From Lama guanicoe (lineage: Eukaryota), in the NCBI GenBank assembly GCA_013239625.1, contig MU054323.1, forward strand, positions 15,070,029 to 15,134,028: a stretch of 64,000 bases of DNA, given 5' to 3'. This document shows, piece by piece, positions 12,647 through 26,029 of this stretch (within the stretch, counting starts at the first letter, position 1; each line of letters begins with the position of its first letter). The notes under the pieces were generated by a model. It ran no database searches and had not been told where the DNA came from. It saw only the letters and a program-made list of their open reading frames with translations. The translations under genes and the position numbers were made by a program.

Positions 12647-12787
12647 GTTGTTGTCTTTTTGCTTTGTCTGTTTTTTGGGGGGAGGTGGTAATTAGGTTTG
12701 TTTGTTTATTTTGACAGAGGTACTGGGAATTGAACCCAGGACTTGCATCCTAGCATGAAGCTCTACCATTGAACTATACCTTTCCCA
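12647..12787 (-). mobile_element. Camelid tRNA-derived SINE (vic-1 type), older copy
   Basis: Same head and body as 6249-6377; 16-bp TSD ctgactggaat(g/a)tttt at 12631-12646 and 12788-12803. Confidence 0.92.
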
Positions 12788-14969
12788 CTGACTGGAATAT
12801 TTTGAATATAAATTAGGCACACATTCCTAAGTTATTTTACTTATTAAAATGCCAGTTGTATCATGAAATCAGTTTGTCAGATATCATTCCTGTTTGGTTA
12901 TTAGCAGGTATATTTTAGCCTACTGATCTATCTTTCTCATAAAATACTGATTTTGAAAGGGAAGATGTTGGTGTAAGGACGAAAGATGTAGAGCTGCAAA
13001 AATTGCCTACTAATTGCAATTAAAAAAACATATAAACAGTATTCAGTAGTATTAAAAATACTTATGTTATCCTGGAGTCCAAAAATTCAATATTGTTTGT
13101 GAATATGAAGTTGAAAAATGCAAACGAAAAGTAGTCTAATTTTCAAAACAAACTGCATAATTTCATTCAGCGGAAATTGAATAGGTGATAATGTAATGCC
13201 ATGACTTACTTTGAGTTCAGAATCCTGCAATTTTTAAGGATTAAAATACAAGGGATTCAAAGCTGTGCAATTCCGTTTGACATTTGGGTTGTCATTTACC
13301 ATTCAGTTCTCTTTTTCATCACTCAAAGGAAAGAAACAGTACTCCCCTGTTACGAATTGGAGAAGACTACTCACCCATCTTAATGACAAGCTGCAAAGGG
13401 ACTTGTCCTGCCTTAGAACACCTAATTTCTTGTCTTCCTGTTTGGCTTATGCATTGCCCATAATGGATTTCAAAACAACCTTGAAATGTTGTGATATCAG
13501 AATCTCATTACCTGATATTTACCACTGATTTCCTTCATCCCCAAAATATAATTTTATGTCCTTAATTTCTTAGCATAAACAAACCACTTCCAATACGCAC
13601 ATCTACTTGTACATGGTGGAACTGGTTATAAGTCAGATTCAGCTGTTCCAGTTCACCTTGGCTCTTTGAGGCTGCTCCCAGCGAGGCAGATATCCCATGT
13701 CTTCCTTGTAAATAGTAACCCACTGTTGCCGAAGGCTATGACTAATTTGTGACTTTATGAAGATACACAGCCTGTAGCTCTACAGATTTTATTTAAGTAT
13801 TGAAGTTTTTACTTTGATTTACACTTTCCATTTCCTCAAAAACCACCTTTAGCCTTCTGAAACCTGTCACCACCCAGTAATGTGCATGGTTCAAATCCAC
13901 ATTTGTCCATAGTTCCTGATTTCCCACACATCTTCCACTCTGCTACTTTCTGTTCCCATTCTACCTCATCTGATCTGGGCTTTAAGTAGCCATTCATGGA
14001 TGAAATCAAAAGGTCCCTTTAAGTTCAGCTGGTATTTGCTCATCAAGATTTGCTACTTTCTCCACTTCCTTCCACTGTTTGTCTCAGTATGCACATTTAT
14101 TCTGTCCTCAGGATGAATAATCAGAATAGATGTATGTTAATACCACTTTGCAAGTCGGATGTCACTATCTCATAATATTCTATATTATCACAGATAAAAT
14201 AACAGATTATACATATTTTTAAATAATTCCCCTCTCAGGTGCACTATTGTAAGACAAAGCTGGTGGTCCATTGTTGTTTAAAACTTCACCCACATAAACC
14301 AGGAAAAAGAGAGAACAATGGTATGGGACTTCCGTAATTGAAGTTACACCGAGATGCAGATGAGGGTTTTGACTCTGTGTGTGTATGCCTGTCTGGGTCT
14401 GCGTGTCCGTGTGGGCACATCTAAGTGGATTCAAGTGGCAAATAAGGTAGAGGTGGAACAGAGAAAATGTGTCAATAAAGGATGTATCAATTAAGCATGG
14501 GAAGGAGAGGACTTACACAATTTAGCCTCACAGATACGTTGAATGAGTATTGAATGAAAGAATCAACCAGATAAGATAAAGTAGAATTTATTGCCTATTG
14601 CAGTAAGAGCCTGCTAATTCTACCAGTAGTCTTGAAAAGAAAGGAGCAAGATTTGATTTATTGAGCTTTTGAAGTCTGGTTTAAGGCAGATCTTTCAATG
14701 GGTGAGTGGAGGCGGGGTGGAGCAGATTTCATTAGCACTGAGTAAAGATCTTGGTGTAATGGTTTAGGAGTGGTAGAAAGAGCAAGGTGAGGATTTGGAG
14801 ATGAGGGTTCAAAGAAAGTTAGGGACTTAATAGTCCACTGATATTTTCTATTAAAGAGTTAATGAATCTTTCAGGAAATTCCCCTGAATAATAAAGTTAT
14901 TTTCACCTTTTATACCCCTGGGAAAGAATCTCCTGGAATAGTAAAATCATATTGGCATAGACAGTAGTA

Positions 14970-15165
14970 ATACTAGATCCTACATTTACCATTTCTGTAA
15001 CCTGGTGACTCATTTACCCTCTGTGTCTCCTTTACTCTGTATGTCTCATCTTCCCCGTCAGTCAAATGAAAATACTATTTACCTTCAATTTGCTTGTGAA
15101 GACTACGTGAGATATTTGTTAAGTTTCAGCATAGTAGCTGACATAAAACAAGTCTTCAACAAACA
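14970..15165 (+). mobile_element. MIR SINE
   Basis: 'catttaccctctgtgtctcc...gtcaaatgaaaatactatttacc...ttgtgaagactacgtgagat' resembles the MIR core. Confidence 0.65.
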
Positions 15166-15244
15166 CTGATTTTCCTTCCCCTTTCCCTAGTTTCTTTACT
15201 CTGGCTCCAAGATTCAATTGTATTCATTTTTTGTATTTTGTTTT

Positions 15245-15775
15245 TTATATACTGTAAGTTTGTACCCTTTGACCACTTTCACCTATTTCCTCCTTTGCCA
15301 TAATCGCCTGGGGGCAACCATCTTTCTATTGTTTCTGTGAGTTCAGGTTTTAGATTCTGCACATAAACAAGATTATACAGTATTTGTCTTTCTCTGTCTG
15401 ACTTGTTTTATTTAGCATAATTCCCTTAAGTTTCATCCATGTTTTCATAAATAGCAAGATTTCCTTCTTTTTAAGGCTGTATAATATTCCATTGTGTGTA
15501 TATACCACATTTTCTTTATCCATTCATCTGTTGATAGACACTCAGGTTGTTTCCACATCTTGGCTGTTGTAAATAATGCTGCATTGAACATGGGGGTGCA
15601 GATATCTCTTCAAGATAGTGATTTCATTTCCTTCAAATACATACCCAGAGATGGATTTGCTGAGTCATGAGGTAGTTCAATTTTTAATTTTTTAAGGAAA
15701 CTCCACACTGTTTTTCATAGTAGCTGCACCAATTTACGTTCCCACCAACAGTGTACAAGGGGTCCCCTTTCTACG
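15245..15775 (-). mobile_element. L1MA9-like ORF2 end / 3' UTR fragment
   Basis: 'gtttgtaccctttgaccac...ttctttatccattcatctgttgatagacactcaggttg...cccaccaacagtgtacaagg' is antisense L1. Confidence 0.9.
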
Positions 15776-16174
15776 CTTTTGGTTCAACCAGCTTTTAAAT
15801 CTAACCTAAGGGTTCTCTATCCACTTCCCTGCTTCCCAGGACTGCTGTAAATAATGACACAACCCTTCCAACTGCTCTTTTACTGGATGTTGGGGGAAAT
15901 AAGTACATGAGTTCTTTTCATTTTAAACTTTTAGTTCTAATCACCTTGGGGGAAATAGACGTGAGGAAGTTGTACAAGTTCCAGATAGCTCAGGAAATTT
16001 GCGTCATAGTTATTCCCAGATTTATTGAAACACTCAGTCTAGGTCTTTCTTTTATTTTTCCTGGCCAACTCATTTCTCAAAAGTGTTCCAAGGAGGTTTT
16101 AGTCACATATTTTTTTGAAGTGACTGATAACAGCTTAATATGTTACCTGTAGCAGGGGAATGTGCATACCAGCT

Positions 16175-16625
16175 GAGAAACTGAATACACAAATGAACAG
16201 TGACCAGACCATGCGTGACAATAGAAATCTGACCCACAGCCTCTACAACAATCAGTTCAGGAAACCAAACCACAACTTCTGTAATAACCCTTGGCCCAGA
16301 AAGGTCAGGACTTAGTCAATGACTGCCAGTTTACCTAATTTTTGCCTCCCTCGACCTCAAGTCAGAACCAATAAAAGAAAGTCAAATATATTCCTAAATC
16401 AATCACATAGATGGCAATGCTGTGCTTCCAATTTGCCCACCTCCTACGCCAAGAATCTCCTATCCGAGCATATCTAGAACTTCCCCATTCCCTTTTTTTA
16501 TACTAGAATGCTTTCACATGCCCCAACCTATCTTTGATTTATTTGCTAAGCCAAGTGACTCCCTTGCTACAGTAAGCTCTAAATAAATAGCCTCTGCTTG
16601 TTCTCATTTAGGGAGTCTTCATTTG
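16175..16625 (+). mobile_element. ERV1-class solo LTR (MER89/MER90-like)
   Basis: 'ccagaccatgcgtgacaatagaaatctgacccacagcctct...ggtcaggacttagtcaatgactgccagtt' and an AATAAA near 16582. Confidence 0.75.
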
Positions 16626-17681
16626 TATAATAAGCCTTATGCAAAAATCTAAAGTCCTCAGTCACTTCCAGAGAGCCACTGACTATACAGGTCACTCCAG
16701 TGTGAGCCCCTGGTTCCCTCTTGTTCTTCCAGCTTTCACTGGCCTGACTGCACTTGGCAGGGACAAGCCACGTTCCTCCCCACTGGATCTCATCGGAAGT
16801 CAGTGATTAATATGCAGGGCTTTCTTCCTTACCCCAGTCAGCAAAGTTCATGCTGAAGTCCCACTGATGGACTCCCTTGAGATCAAAAACATATCTCCAA
16901 GTGTAAGCCTTGGGCATGAGAGCACAAGTAGATGGCAAAGAAATTTAGCTGATGAAACAGAGCAGTCCATCCCCTGCTTACTGAAAGTCAGGCCCTAAGG
17001 TTTATGACAACACACCTGCTTTATGTCCTCATTTTAGTTGGCCAGAGGAACACCCAAGTGCCTTCTTAGGTTTGAATGGATATGTTTTCTATAAGATTTA
17101 ATTCTCAAAGAAATTTTGTGACATCAATAGATGAAAAAAAATTAAGTTTTTTTGAGCATATCCACAGCCAACTAAAAATTACCTGGATGATTACTAAAGA
17201 CAAAAACCAGGGATTTGAGTCCAAATTGTTTAAGTCTAATGCTCTTTCTGTTACATCCTAACCAAGTACATAGTGTGTGTTTCCCAAAGAACAATTTCAC
17301 ATGAGAAACCAATGTCAAGCTCATGAAAATGTCAACATAGTAAGGTAAATCAACTTATGAATTTAATTGATTCTTCCATAGTACTGAGAACAAGGGATCT
17401 CTACGATATTTTACTGCTGTCACAGTCCTTACTACATTGTTCTGTAATCACCAAGCGCTCCTCAGTGTTTTCCTTGACATTAGGGACTATGACATTTTTG
17501 TTTCTGTGTCTCAGATTTTAACACAGTTTGTAATCCATCACAGACATGTGATAAATATTCGCTGAATAAATTTAGAAATCTCAGGAGGAAGTCAAGAGAT
17601 CTGATACCAAGAGCTGTATCTGTGCTAACTAGCCGTGGAAACTGGTCAGGTCAGTCAGCCTACCTGGGACTTGCATTGGAT

Positions 17682-17850
17682 TAGTGTTTCTCAGCCCTTT
17701 TTCATTATTATTTCCCTAAGGAGTTATTTTTTGACATTTTTAAAATAGTCCCTCTCCCATGAAATTTTATCACACATATACTGTGCATTTGTTAATCTAT
17801 TATTTATGATCTGTATTTTTTACCCTCCGAGACTCAATACCACCCTCATT
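17682..17850. mobile_element. MER96B-like hAT fragment
   Basis: 'agtgtttctcagccctttttcattatt...ccctaaggag...cccatgaaattttatcacacatatactg'. Confidence 0.6.
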
Positions 17851-19156
17851 TAACGTACATACACTATATGGTTGATGTTTATCCCAGCTACTGAACATTG
17901 TTAATTACATAATTTCCTAATTTTTACAAATTATTACAAATGATACTTTAATCTTCAGGGAGGTGGGGAGCTGTGTGATGTTCCATAAGAGGTGATTGAT
18001 AGTGAAAGTGATAGTATCAGTGCAAAGATGAAACTTATTTTGACCATATATAATCAGACTCCTTCTATTCTAAAGCTGAACATTGCCTTTTGACCAGGGA
18101 CCAGTGTACACAGTGCTGCTTTCCATTTTGTGCCATCTATCTCCCAGAGGTTCATATGCTTCAAGCCTTCCCTCAGAAATGATGCACATTCCAGGAGAAA
18201 CTTCCAATAATGAATCAGGTCCCGGAGAGAACAAGCTGAAGTCTTTATAAACATGAACTTCTCAACAGGGACTCTAACATTGCATCTTTAAACTGAACAT
18301 GCTGATTTTTTTTCCTAAGTATTTATACATATCTTGTGTAGTGTGTTGGCTCAAAATCAAGGAACAAGCATATCCCTGACAATGGACTTGATAATTTGAG
18401 CCTGCATTTACATTGCATTACAACTGAGTAAGGATTAAAAGAATAATTTGTCCCCCTCAATACAACATGCTACTCTGAAGTTATGTAGACTCATTTTTAC
18501 ATTCTGATGCAATATTATAATTCTCTGTGAATCAATCTCTCTCTCTCTCTTTCACTTTCTCCCCCTCTCTCTCCTCCCACCTTAGAATTCTCCAGTGTGA
18601 TTGATAGGCAAATGAAGTCTACAACAAACCCAAGCTATATCATAATAAGTCATGATGGAACATTAGAGTGATACTGACTTCAAAAATATTGCCATGGTAA
18701 CTAGCAAAATTTGGCTTTGACTGCAGTGAGAGAAAATGGCTGTCTCTCAACAAACAAAAGAAAAAATACCAGTCAAGGATATAGATAGAGTGATTTTGCC
18801 TTAGTAACCTGAATAACAAAGCTCTCAAAGTATCACTCAGTGGTAACATTGTCCTTCCTTTCCTTGGCACTGAAATGAATGAATAGTGGGACAAAGAAAA
18901 CAAACTATGGCTGGGTAATAAGCTAATAAATACTCTGGGTGGAAAATGTAGTGTTTGGTGCCGTTGCCAGTGAAACATGCTTTGGATGAATAGATTTCAG
19001 TCGGGGTTTAATGTTAAAGAGTACACTAAAAACAGAGAAATGTCAAAACCCAGGTTTAGTCCATCTCTGTTACATCTGTTCACGAAGGTCACAGGCCTAG
19101 CTCTTCTCACTAGGCTTCCCTAAATATGTCAAGTCAAACTAATGCCCAGCTTTCTT

Positions 19157-19475
19157 TCTTTTTTTTTTTAACATTTTTTATTGATTTATAATCATTTTAC
19201 AATGTTGTGTCAAATTCCAGTGTAGAGCACAATTTTTCAGTTATACATGAACATATATATATTCATTGTCACATTTTTTTCTCTGTGAGCTACCATAAGA
19301 TCTTGTGTATATTTCCCTGTGCTTTACAGTATAATCTTGTTTATCTATTCTACAATTTTGAAATCCCGTATATCCCTTCCCACCCTCCGCCCCCTTGGCA
19401 ACCAGAAGTTTGTATTCTATGTCTATGAGTCTATTTCTGTTTTGTATTTATGCTTTTTTGTTGTTGTTGTTGTTT
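19157..19475 (-). mobile_element. Young camelid-type L1 3' UTR (5'-truncated)
   Basis: Poly(T), then 'aacattttttattgatttataatcattttacaatgttgtgtcaaattccagtgtagagcac'; 16-bp TSD aatgcccagctttctt (19141-19156) / aattcccagttttctt (19476-19491). Confidence 0.9.
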
Positions 19476-21419
19476 AATTCCCAGTTTTCTTGAGATAATC
19501 CTCATCTCCCACTCAATCAGATGGGCTTTCTGTACATTTTGTCCTTTTTTTTTTTAATGTTCAGATTTGGTTATACAAATCATTAGAATATGCTTGCCAT
19601 TAAAAGATATATATGCTGTTGCATATTTGATGATACTGTTTTGAAGTTGGAACCCTCCTGTTTGAAAACAGCAGTTTCCATAGGAACAGGTTTTCCAACT
19701 AGATCTTACAAGGAGAAGTATGTCATAAATAATTGGCAATGCCCTGAGGGAGCTGTTAAACACCCAAAGAAAAGCAAGAAAAGAAAGAGATGCCAGAGGA
19801 CAGCCACACAGTGACATTCCACAGGGGAAAGGCAAATGCTGTCTAAATACCCAGGATTCTGATTAAGGTAATAAATAAAACTTTCAGATTCCAAATCAAT
19901 ACGTGAAATGCAGTGCTGAGTTCATTCCAGTGCAGAGTTAAAAGAAAAGTGGTCGTAAATAAAAGACCAGAATCACATTCGGTATTAGTTAAGTCTCCTA
20001 TCCGGGAGTGAATTAATGGCACTCAGTTCCCCATTACATAAAAGTAGTAACATAACTCAAAAAAAGCATATATTATTGTTCAAAGACTCATTCTTAAATG
20101 CAAAGATTCCTCTTTAGGAAGAGCAACTCCAGCCATGAGGAACTTGGCAGCTGGGATGCAGGAATCAGCCTGGTGATGTGACAGAGAAGTGGAGGGAGCT
20201 GCAATTTAGGCCCTTTGCTCTGAGCTCATTCTTTTCTTGCATAGGATGTTGATTTTTAATCTTATCTCTTCCCCTTATTTTCTTTCCATGCCCTCTCCTC
20301 CCACTTTAATCTCTAGCTCCAGCTCTAGTTAGATCCCTGCTATTTTGCATAGGGTAAGTTGTCTCTTGGGATTTAAATCTAGTTGGAGGGAAACAGAAAG
20401 AAAGAACTAAGGCTTGTCTATGGGAATCCCTTAAAATCAAAAATGTGTTTTGGAGACCTGGATCTCTGATGGAAAAGGGAAAGCAATTCTCAGACACATT
20501 TATTTAAGATATGGCCCTATAAGGACTCTCTTCGCATGGACCATGACCTACCTTTAGCTGAAAACTGAGAAGCAAACCAGACCCTGACTCTGCACCCAGA
20601 AATCTTCCTTCTCATTCATGCTCTCATTGGTTCCACAAGTCTCTCTGGGGATGGACTGCTCACTGGATGAAACACTGAAGCTGACTCTCACCAAGTTCCG
20701 TTCCTCGGTTCCTCTTACCATAACTGAGACAGGGACTTTTTGTCAGACATAACTCTACCACATGTTAGGGGGCTTCAACAAGAAAATTATTCAGGAAAAT
20801 GCAGACCATACCTTAATAGACAAGTTCCAAAGTCCCTGATTGTAAGAACACCCTGAAATCCCAAAGATGTCAGAAGGTACTTATCTTCACTTCATGTGGC
20901 TAACACCAGAGCCAAGATGTAAAATAAAACTCTGAGTCTTAACCCAAGGGCTATGCTCACTATACTACATGGAAAGGATCAATAAGCCCAAAGATTTTGG
21001 CAGCAAAGGGCAACATTTTATTTTTTCTAGCCAGAGAAAGAGCAGGCAAGAATAGTCTTTTGGAAAAAAATAAAAAGTTGCATTGCTTTAATTACAGAGA
21101 GAAAGAAGGAAAAAGGAGGAGGAAACGGAGGAAGGGCAGGAGAAAAAAAAAAGTGGCAAACTTTTTGCTAAGTGTTTTGTAGAAAGAACTTCCTTAAATT
21201 CTCCACAGTATACTCCAGGATATATAGTGGATGAGGATTCTCTTTCAAAGTCTGGAAGCTCTGCAATTGCAGACCATGTGGCTGAGAATTCCCTCAACCT
21301 ACCACTGTGGATGTGTTCAAATAAGCCAGCAGATCAAGCACACGCTGATCTCAGAAAGAGGAGAAACCAGAACAAATCGGGACCAAGATACTGCTTTCAC
21401 TCACCTTTGATAAAGAATT

Positions 21420-21554
21420 TCATTCTCTTTCTGGCCCACTTCACTTAGAATGACAGTCTTCAGGTCCATCCATATTGCTGAGAAATAAAACTGCCATATG
21501 ACATCATTTATACGAGGAATCTAAAAAATAATAATAATAATAAGGACACAAATG
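21420..21554 (+). mobile_element. Short L1 insertion with 5' inversion (twin-priming structure)
   Basis: 21421-21480 is antisense L1 and 21481-21554 is the adjacent L1 segment in sense; flanked by aaagaatt at 21412-21419 and 21555-21562. Confidence 0.8.
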
Positions 21555-22034
21555 AAAGAATTATTATTTTGATTTCTTGAATATGTGTAGGCACATTTCA
21601 CTATCCTTTATGATTGGATTACCACATTCTGTTGAGTCTTGTTGTCATTGGCTTTATTCCTTTGATAACTATGTAAGTTCAAAAAGCTAGAGATCTCATC
21701 TGTTCTTAGAAACTATAATTAGTACATAAATGAAAACTAAAAAAAGTACAGTATACTGTATATATGTATTTACATGCAATATAATGTGTATGTGCAAACT
21801 GTAATAATTCTACCTAATAAAACTGAAAAAGGGAAAAAAAATAAAATAAAATTTCTCCCAAAAATAAATAAATAAAAAATAAAAGCCACAGGAAGATACT
21901 CCTGCAAAAAAAAATTTTTTTCATGAGTTCCAGAAACAAAAGATTTGAAAATACAGTATGTATTATTAAAATTAATTTTAAATAATAATGTCTAATTTGA
22001 CTGTATATAGTTTTCATTCTGTTCCATCTCACTT

Positions 22035-22618
22035 TCCTTTGCTGATCCCACCAAGGAACTTGAATTCCTGGGGCTTAACTGGGAGTCTAGGGGCATGGGA
22101 TCCACTGAAGGCCTAAAGCCAGCAGGCAGCTGGGGTGATACAGGGGCCTGGGTTAGCAGGAGCCTGCTGGCAGCCTGGTAACACAGAAGCCACCTAACTG
22201 TAAGAGTTGCCTGAGGCCACTGGAGCTGAGAGTTACCTGGGGAGCTAAGGGTCTGGGTTGGTAGGAGTCCCCAGGGAGCCACCTGAGGCCATTGGAATCT
22301 CTATGGTGCTGGGACAGGCTAGCTGTAAGGTCTGCGATGAAGTTGGGGCTCATTTCTTCACCAGGAGGGTATGTCTCTTTGCTGGGCTGCTCAAGGTCAA
22401 AGAATAGACGATGGGAGTATTTGAATCTATTATTCTTACCTTCCTCAATGCATCTTTTCTTATTTCTGTGCTTCGCCCATGTGCTGTAATACCTCATCTG
22501 GAATCCTTGGCTCTTATAAAGGTATTTTTGTGCATGGATAGTTGTTCAAGTGGATGTTTCTGATGGAGGACGAGCATTAGAAATTCCTGTGCCACCATTT
22601 TGCTAACATCATTCCTCC
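22035..22618 (-). mobile_element. Ancient L1 5' end (L1M2/L1MA-type 5' UTR)
   Basis: The minus strand starts GAGGAATGATGTTAGCAAAATGGTGG, a decayed 'gacgtcagcaagatggcgg' L1 5' terminus / YY1 site, followed by a GC-richer UTR. Confidence 0.75.
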
Positions 22619-23129
22619 CAATTTCAAGACTTCAACAGAAATGAGAAGTGTGAAGTTTAAAAGCAGAGTACAAAAAAAGTATCTCTAAAAGTTTTAATTA
22701 AAACAATGTAATTTTTAGGTACAGTGGGTAGATACATTTGTGTCTCTTTTAATGCTATTACAATGCTTTTCCGCCATAAATAACACTTTTAAGGAAGTTC
22801 TAGTACCAAGTAACTACAAAGTCCCTAAGTTTGAAATTCAACAAAAATCAATTAAATACCTAAGAACAGCTATCAGGGGCTGTTTTAATGACTTCCATCC
22901 ATTAATACAGAAGAAGAAGTCAAAAAGAAGATGAGTAAAACTGTAAAAATTAAATTGTGTGCAGAAATTGGAGAAGCACATACAAATGACATCTACTTTC
23001 TCCGCTTAAACACTTTGTGGCCACTCTACAAAATATGTCAAATGATGATAACCTAAATCATATGTCAGTGCATATAGACATTTTTCAAAACATGTAATGT
23101 GATTTAGTTATTAAAAGATGATAGAATCT

Positions 23130-23370
23130 AAGTTGATTTCAAAGTTTTGGGCATATGCAATTAGCAAAAATGGTTATTTCATTAACAGAGAAGGCAAAAT
23201 GGAGAGGGAAATTCGCTTTGGGGTAGAATGATTAAGCCAATCTTAGCAGTGTTTCTTCTGAGGTACCAAGAGACTTAAATAGACGTGTGCATTTGGGAGT
23301 GTCATAGCACAAAAAGGAGATGGAGTTAGAGACATAACTTTTGAAGTCATCATTGTTATAAGGGTAGATA
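23130..23370 (-). mobile_element. L2 fragment
   Basis: 'gatttcaaagttttgggc...ggagatggagttagagacataacttttgaagtcatc' is antisense L2-like. Confidence 0.55.
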
Positions 23371-23449
23371 GAGATGATTTACACTTTAAAGCAGCATCTT
23401 GAAAGCAGAGGCTGAGCAATAGAATAAATAAAGCTGGTTGAGTTTTTAG

Positions 23450-25580
23450 TTTAAACAAATATCTATTTTGTAGACAGCATAGAGATAGTTCTTGGGTTTT
23501 ACCCAGTCTGACAATGTGTTTTTAAATTGGAGGTTTAGTCCATTTTTGTTTAATGGTGTTAGTAATAGGGTTGGATTTTGATCCATCATTTTTTTTCCAT
23601 CCAGTTTGTTTCTTGTTCCTCTATTTCTCTTTTCCTGCCTCCTTTGTGGTTAACCAAATATTATTAGTATTTAGTTTTGATTCCTTTATTGGCTTTTTAG
23701 CTCTACTTCTTTGTATTTTCTTTGTCTTTCCTTTCCTTTTTTTTCCTTTCCTTGCCTTTTTCTTTTTCTTTCTTTCCTTGTGATTGTTCTAGGATTTACA
23801 AGATGTATCATTTATTTAACATATTACTTTGAGTTAATATTGTTTTACTTCATATAAAACATGATACATTTCCAGCAGTGTGGTTCCATTTACTCCCTAC
23901 TTTTATGCTTTTGTCATACATATTACATACATATTATATCTATAGGTATGTATTCACATGTTTACTATGTATAATACTCTTCATTATTTGTTGTATATTG
24001 AAGTTTCCATTTGATGTCATTTTTCATAAGAGTAAAGAACTTGCCTTAGCATTACTTGTAGTGTGGGTCAGCTGGAAATGAATTCTTTATGTTTTACTTA
24101 CCTGAAGATATCTTTGGTTGACTTTATTCTTGAAGAATATTTTTGATGGATATAGTATTTCGGTTGACGGGGTTTTTTTTTTTTTTCTGTCAGCACTTTA
24201 ATGATACTATCCCACTGATTCTGACCTTTACTGTTTCTGATAAGAAGTTTGCCATCATTTTGTAAATAACAAGTAATTTTTTCTCTGACTCCTTTCAAGA
24301 TTTCCTGTTTATCCTTGGTTTCTAGCAGTTTAAATATTATATTTCTAGATGTGGTTTTCTTTGTCTTACCCTGTTTAGGGTTTGCTGAGCTTCTTGAATT
24401 CATAACCTTGTCTTTCACCCTATTGTGGAAATTTTGGGCCATTGTTTCTTTAAGCTTTTTCTGCTTCATTCTGTTTCCTCTCCTTCTTGTCAAATTACAC
24501 ATGTATTTGACTAATCAATATTTCCTATATGTCACTGAAGATCTGTTCATTATTTTAATCATCTTTCTCTCTCTCCTTCATATTGGATAAATTCTAGTGA
24601 TCGATCCTGAAGTTCATTGATGCTTTCCTGCACAATATAAATGTTTCTTTTCAGATATTGTACTTTTAGTTCTAAATTTCTCATTTTTTTAGAGTTTGAA
24701 TATATGTATAATATTACCTTAAAATCTTTGCCTACAAATTCTTGGATTTAGTTTTGATTAACTATTTTTCTTGACTGGCTGATGTAGTACTGTTTTTTCT
24801 CAAGTCTAGTCATTTTTATTATATGCATTAGATTGTGGGTAATGGATTATAGGGTGTCTAAATTATGCCTTCATCTTTTAAAAAGTGTTGACATTTGTTT
24901 TGGCAAGCAGTCAAATTGCTGAAGGATTATTTGGGTTCTATCAGACTTGATTCTATTATTTGTTGTGGCAGATTTCCTTTGGTTTTGAATTTATTTTATT
25001 TTATTTTATTTTTTTGAATTGTGGTATGCCCTTTACTATAAGTTGTGACAATTTCCATAAAGTATGAGCATTTCATTCTGTATCATTGAAAATTACAAAT
25101 GCTCAGCATGGTCCCTCCAACCATGACTGGGCTGGAACTCCAGTGTCTTCCAGAACTGCAGGACCTCTAATACCAGCTGACCTCTTTCAGCTCTCGACTT
25201 ACCAGTGGACATATATGCAGCTCAATGCTTGGCCAAGTATATGTGAGAAACTTCCACACAGACTTCTGGGTTCTATGTTCGGTTGCCTCCTGTTAGATAT
25301 GCTGCCCCACATTTTCAACTGTTTCAGCAGCTTGGAACTTTGATCCTCTATTTCCTTAGCTCAGAAATTCAGCCCACTCTGCATAGGCTCCATCTCCCTA
25401 TTCTACTAGCAAAGTGTCTGTCCTAGGTGAAAACCCAGGGAAATCTTTGTCAGTCATTGGACTCACCTGTGCTTGCCTACATTGTCTTTTGCTCAGTCAT
25501 TGAAAACAGTTACTTCATATGCTTTGTTCAATTTTATAGTTATTAACTGAGAAGGCAAGTTTGTTATTTTTTTCTCATAA
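23450..25580 (-). mobile_element. Ancient L1: 5' UTR, degenerate ORF1, spacer and start of ORF2
   Basis: ORF 24098-24502 reads 'ETMAQNFHN...KTTSRNIIFKLLETKDKQEILKGVREK', matching L1 ORF1p motifs (AENFPNL...TPRHIIIKLLKTKDKEKILKAAREK); an endonuclease-start remnant lies near 23460-23545. Confidence 0.88.
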
Positions 25581-26029
25581 GAGCTGTCAGCCCTTGACAT
25601 ATCGTATGTCCATTAGTTTATTTGCTTATTATAAGTCTTTCCCTATCCCATCTTGATTGAAAGCTCCCAGGAAGCCAAGATTTTGTGTATTGTTTGATAC
25701 TCTAAACACTGCATCTCAAATAGTAACTTAACACATATAAGGATCTCAAAAAAAAAAATCATTCATTGTTCAAAGAGTAAGTAAACAAATTCCATAATCT
25801 CACTTAACACAGTGAAATGGCTTTTAAAAACAATATTTCAAGTTTTAAAACTGTTTCTATAATTTTAAAACAAATATCTTAAGCTGGTACACAGCAGCTG
25901 ACAACTGTTACCAATATTTAGTGCCCTGAGCAGTGACAGTGTCATTCTGGTCTAATTATGTTATCCCTTGTTTGCCACATCCAAACTTGGTCTGCTTATC
26001 ATAAAATATATTTATCAATATGGATGTAG

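Noticed and set aside
18054..18254. 66-aa minus-strand ORF with protein-like composition
   Set aside because: No recognisable family and no convincing splice sites; this length is expected by chance.
19590..19814. ORF with a basic NLS-like motif (KKSKKRKR)
   Set aside because: No recognisable homology; the basic run reflects an A/G-rich tract.
21992..22497. Overlapping GC-richer ORFs, or a possible promoter
   Set aside because: They lie within an ancient L1 5' UTR whose CpGs have decayed.
24098..24502. Longest ORF (134 aa) as a host gene
   Set aside because: It is a frameshifted L1 ORF1p remnant inside a decayed L1.
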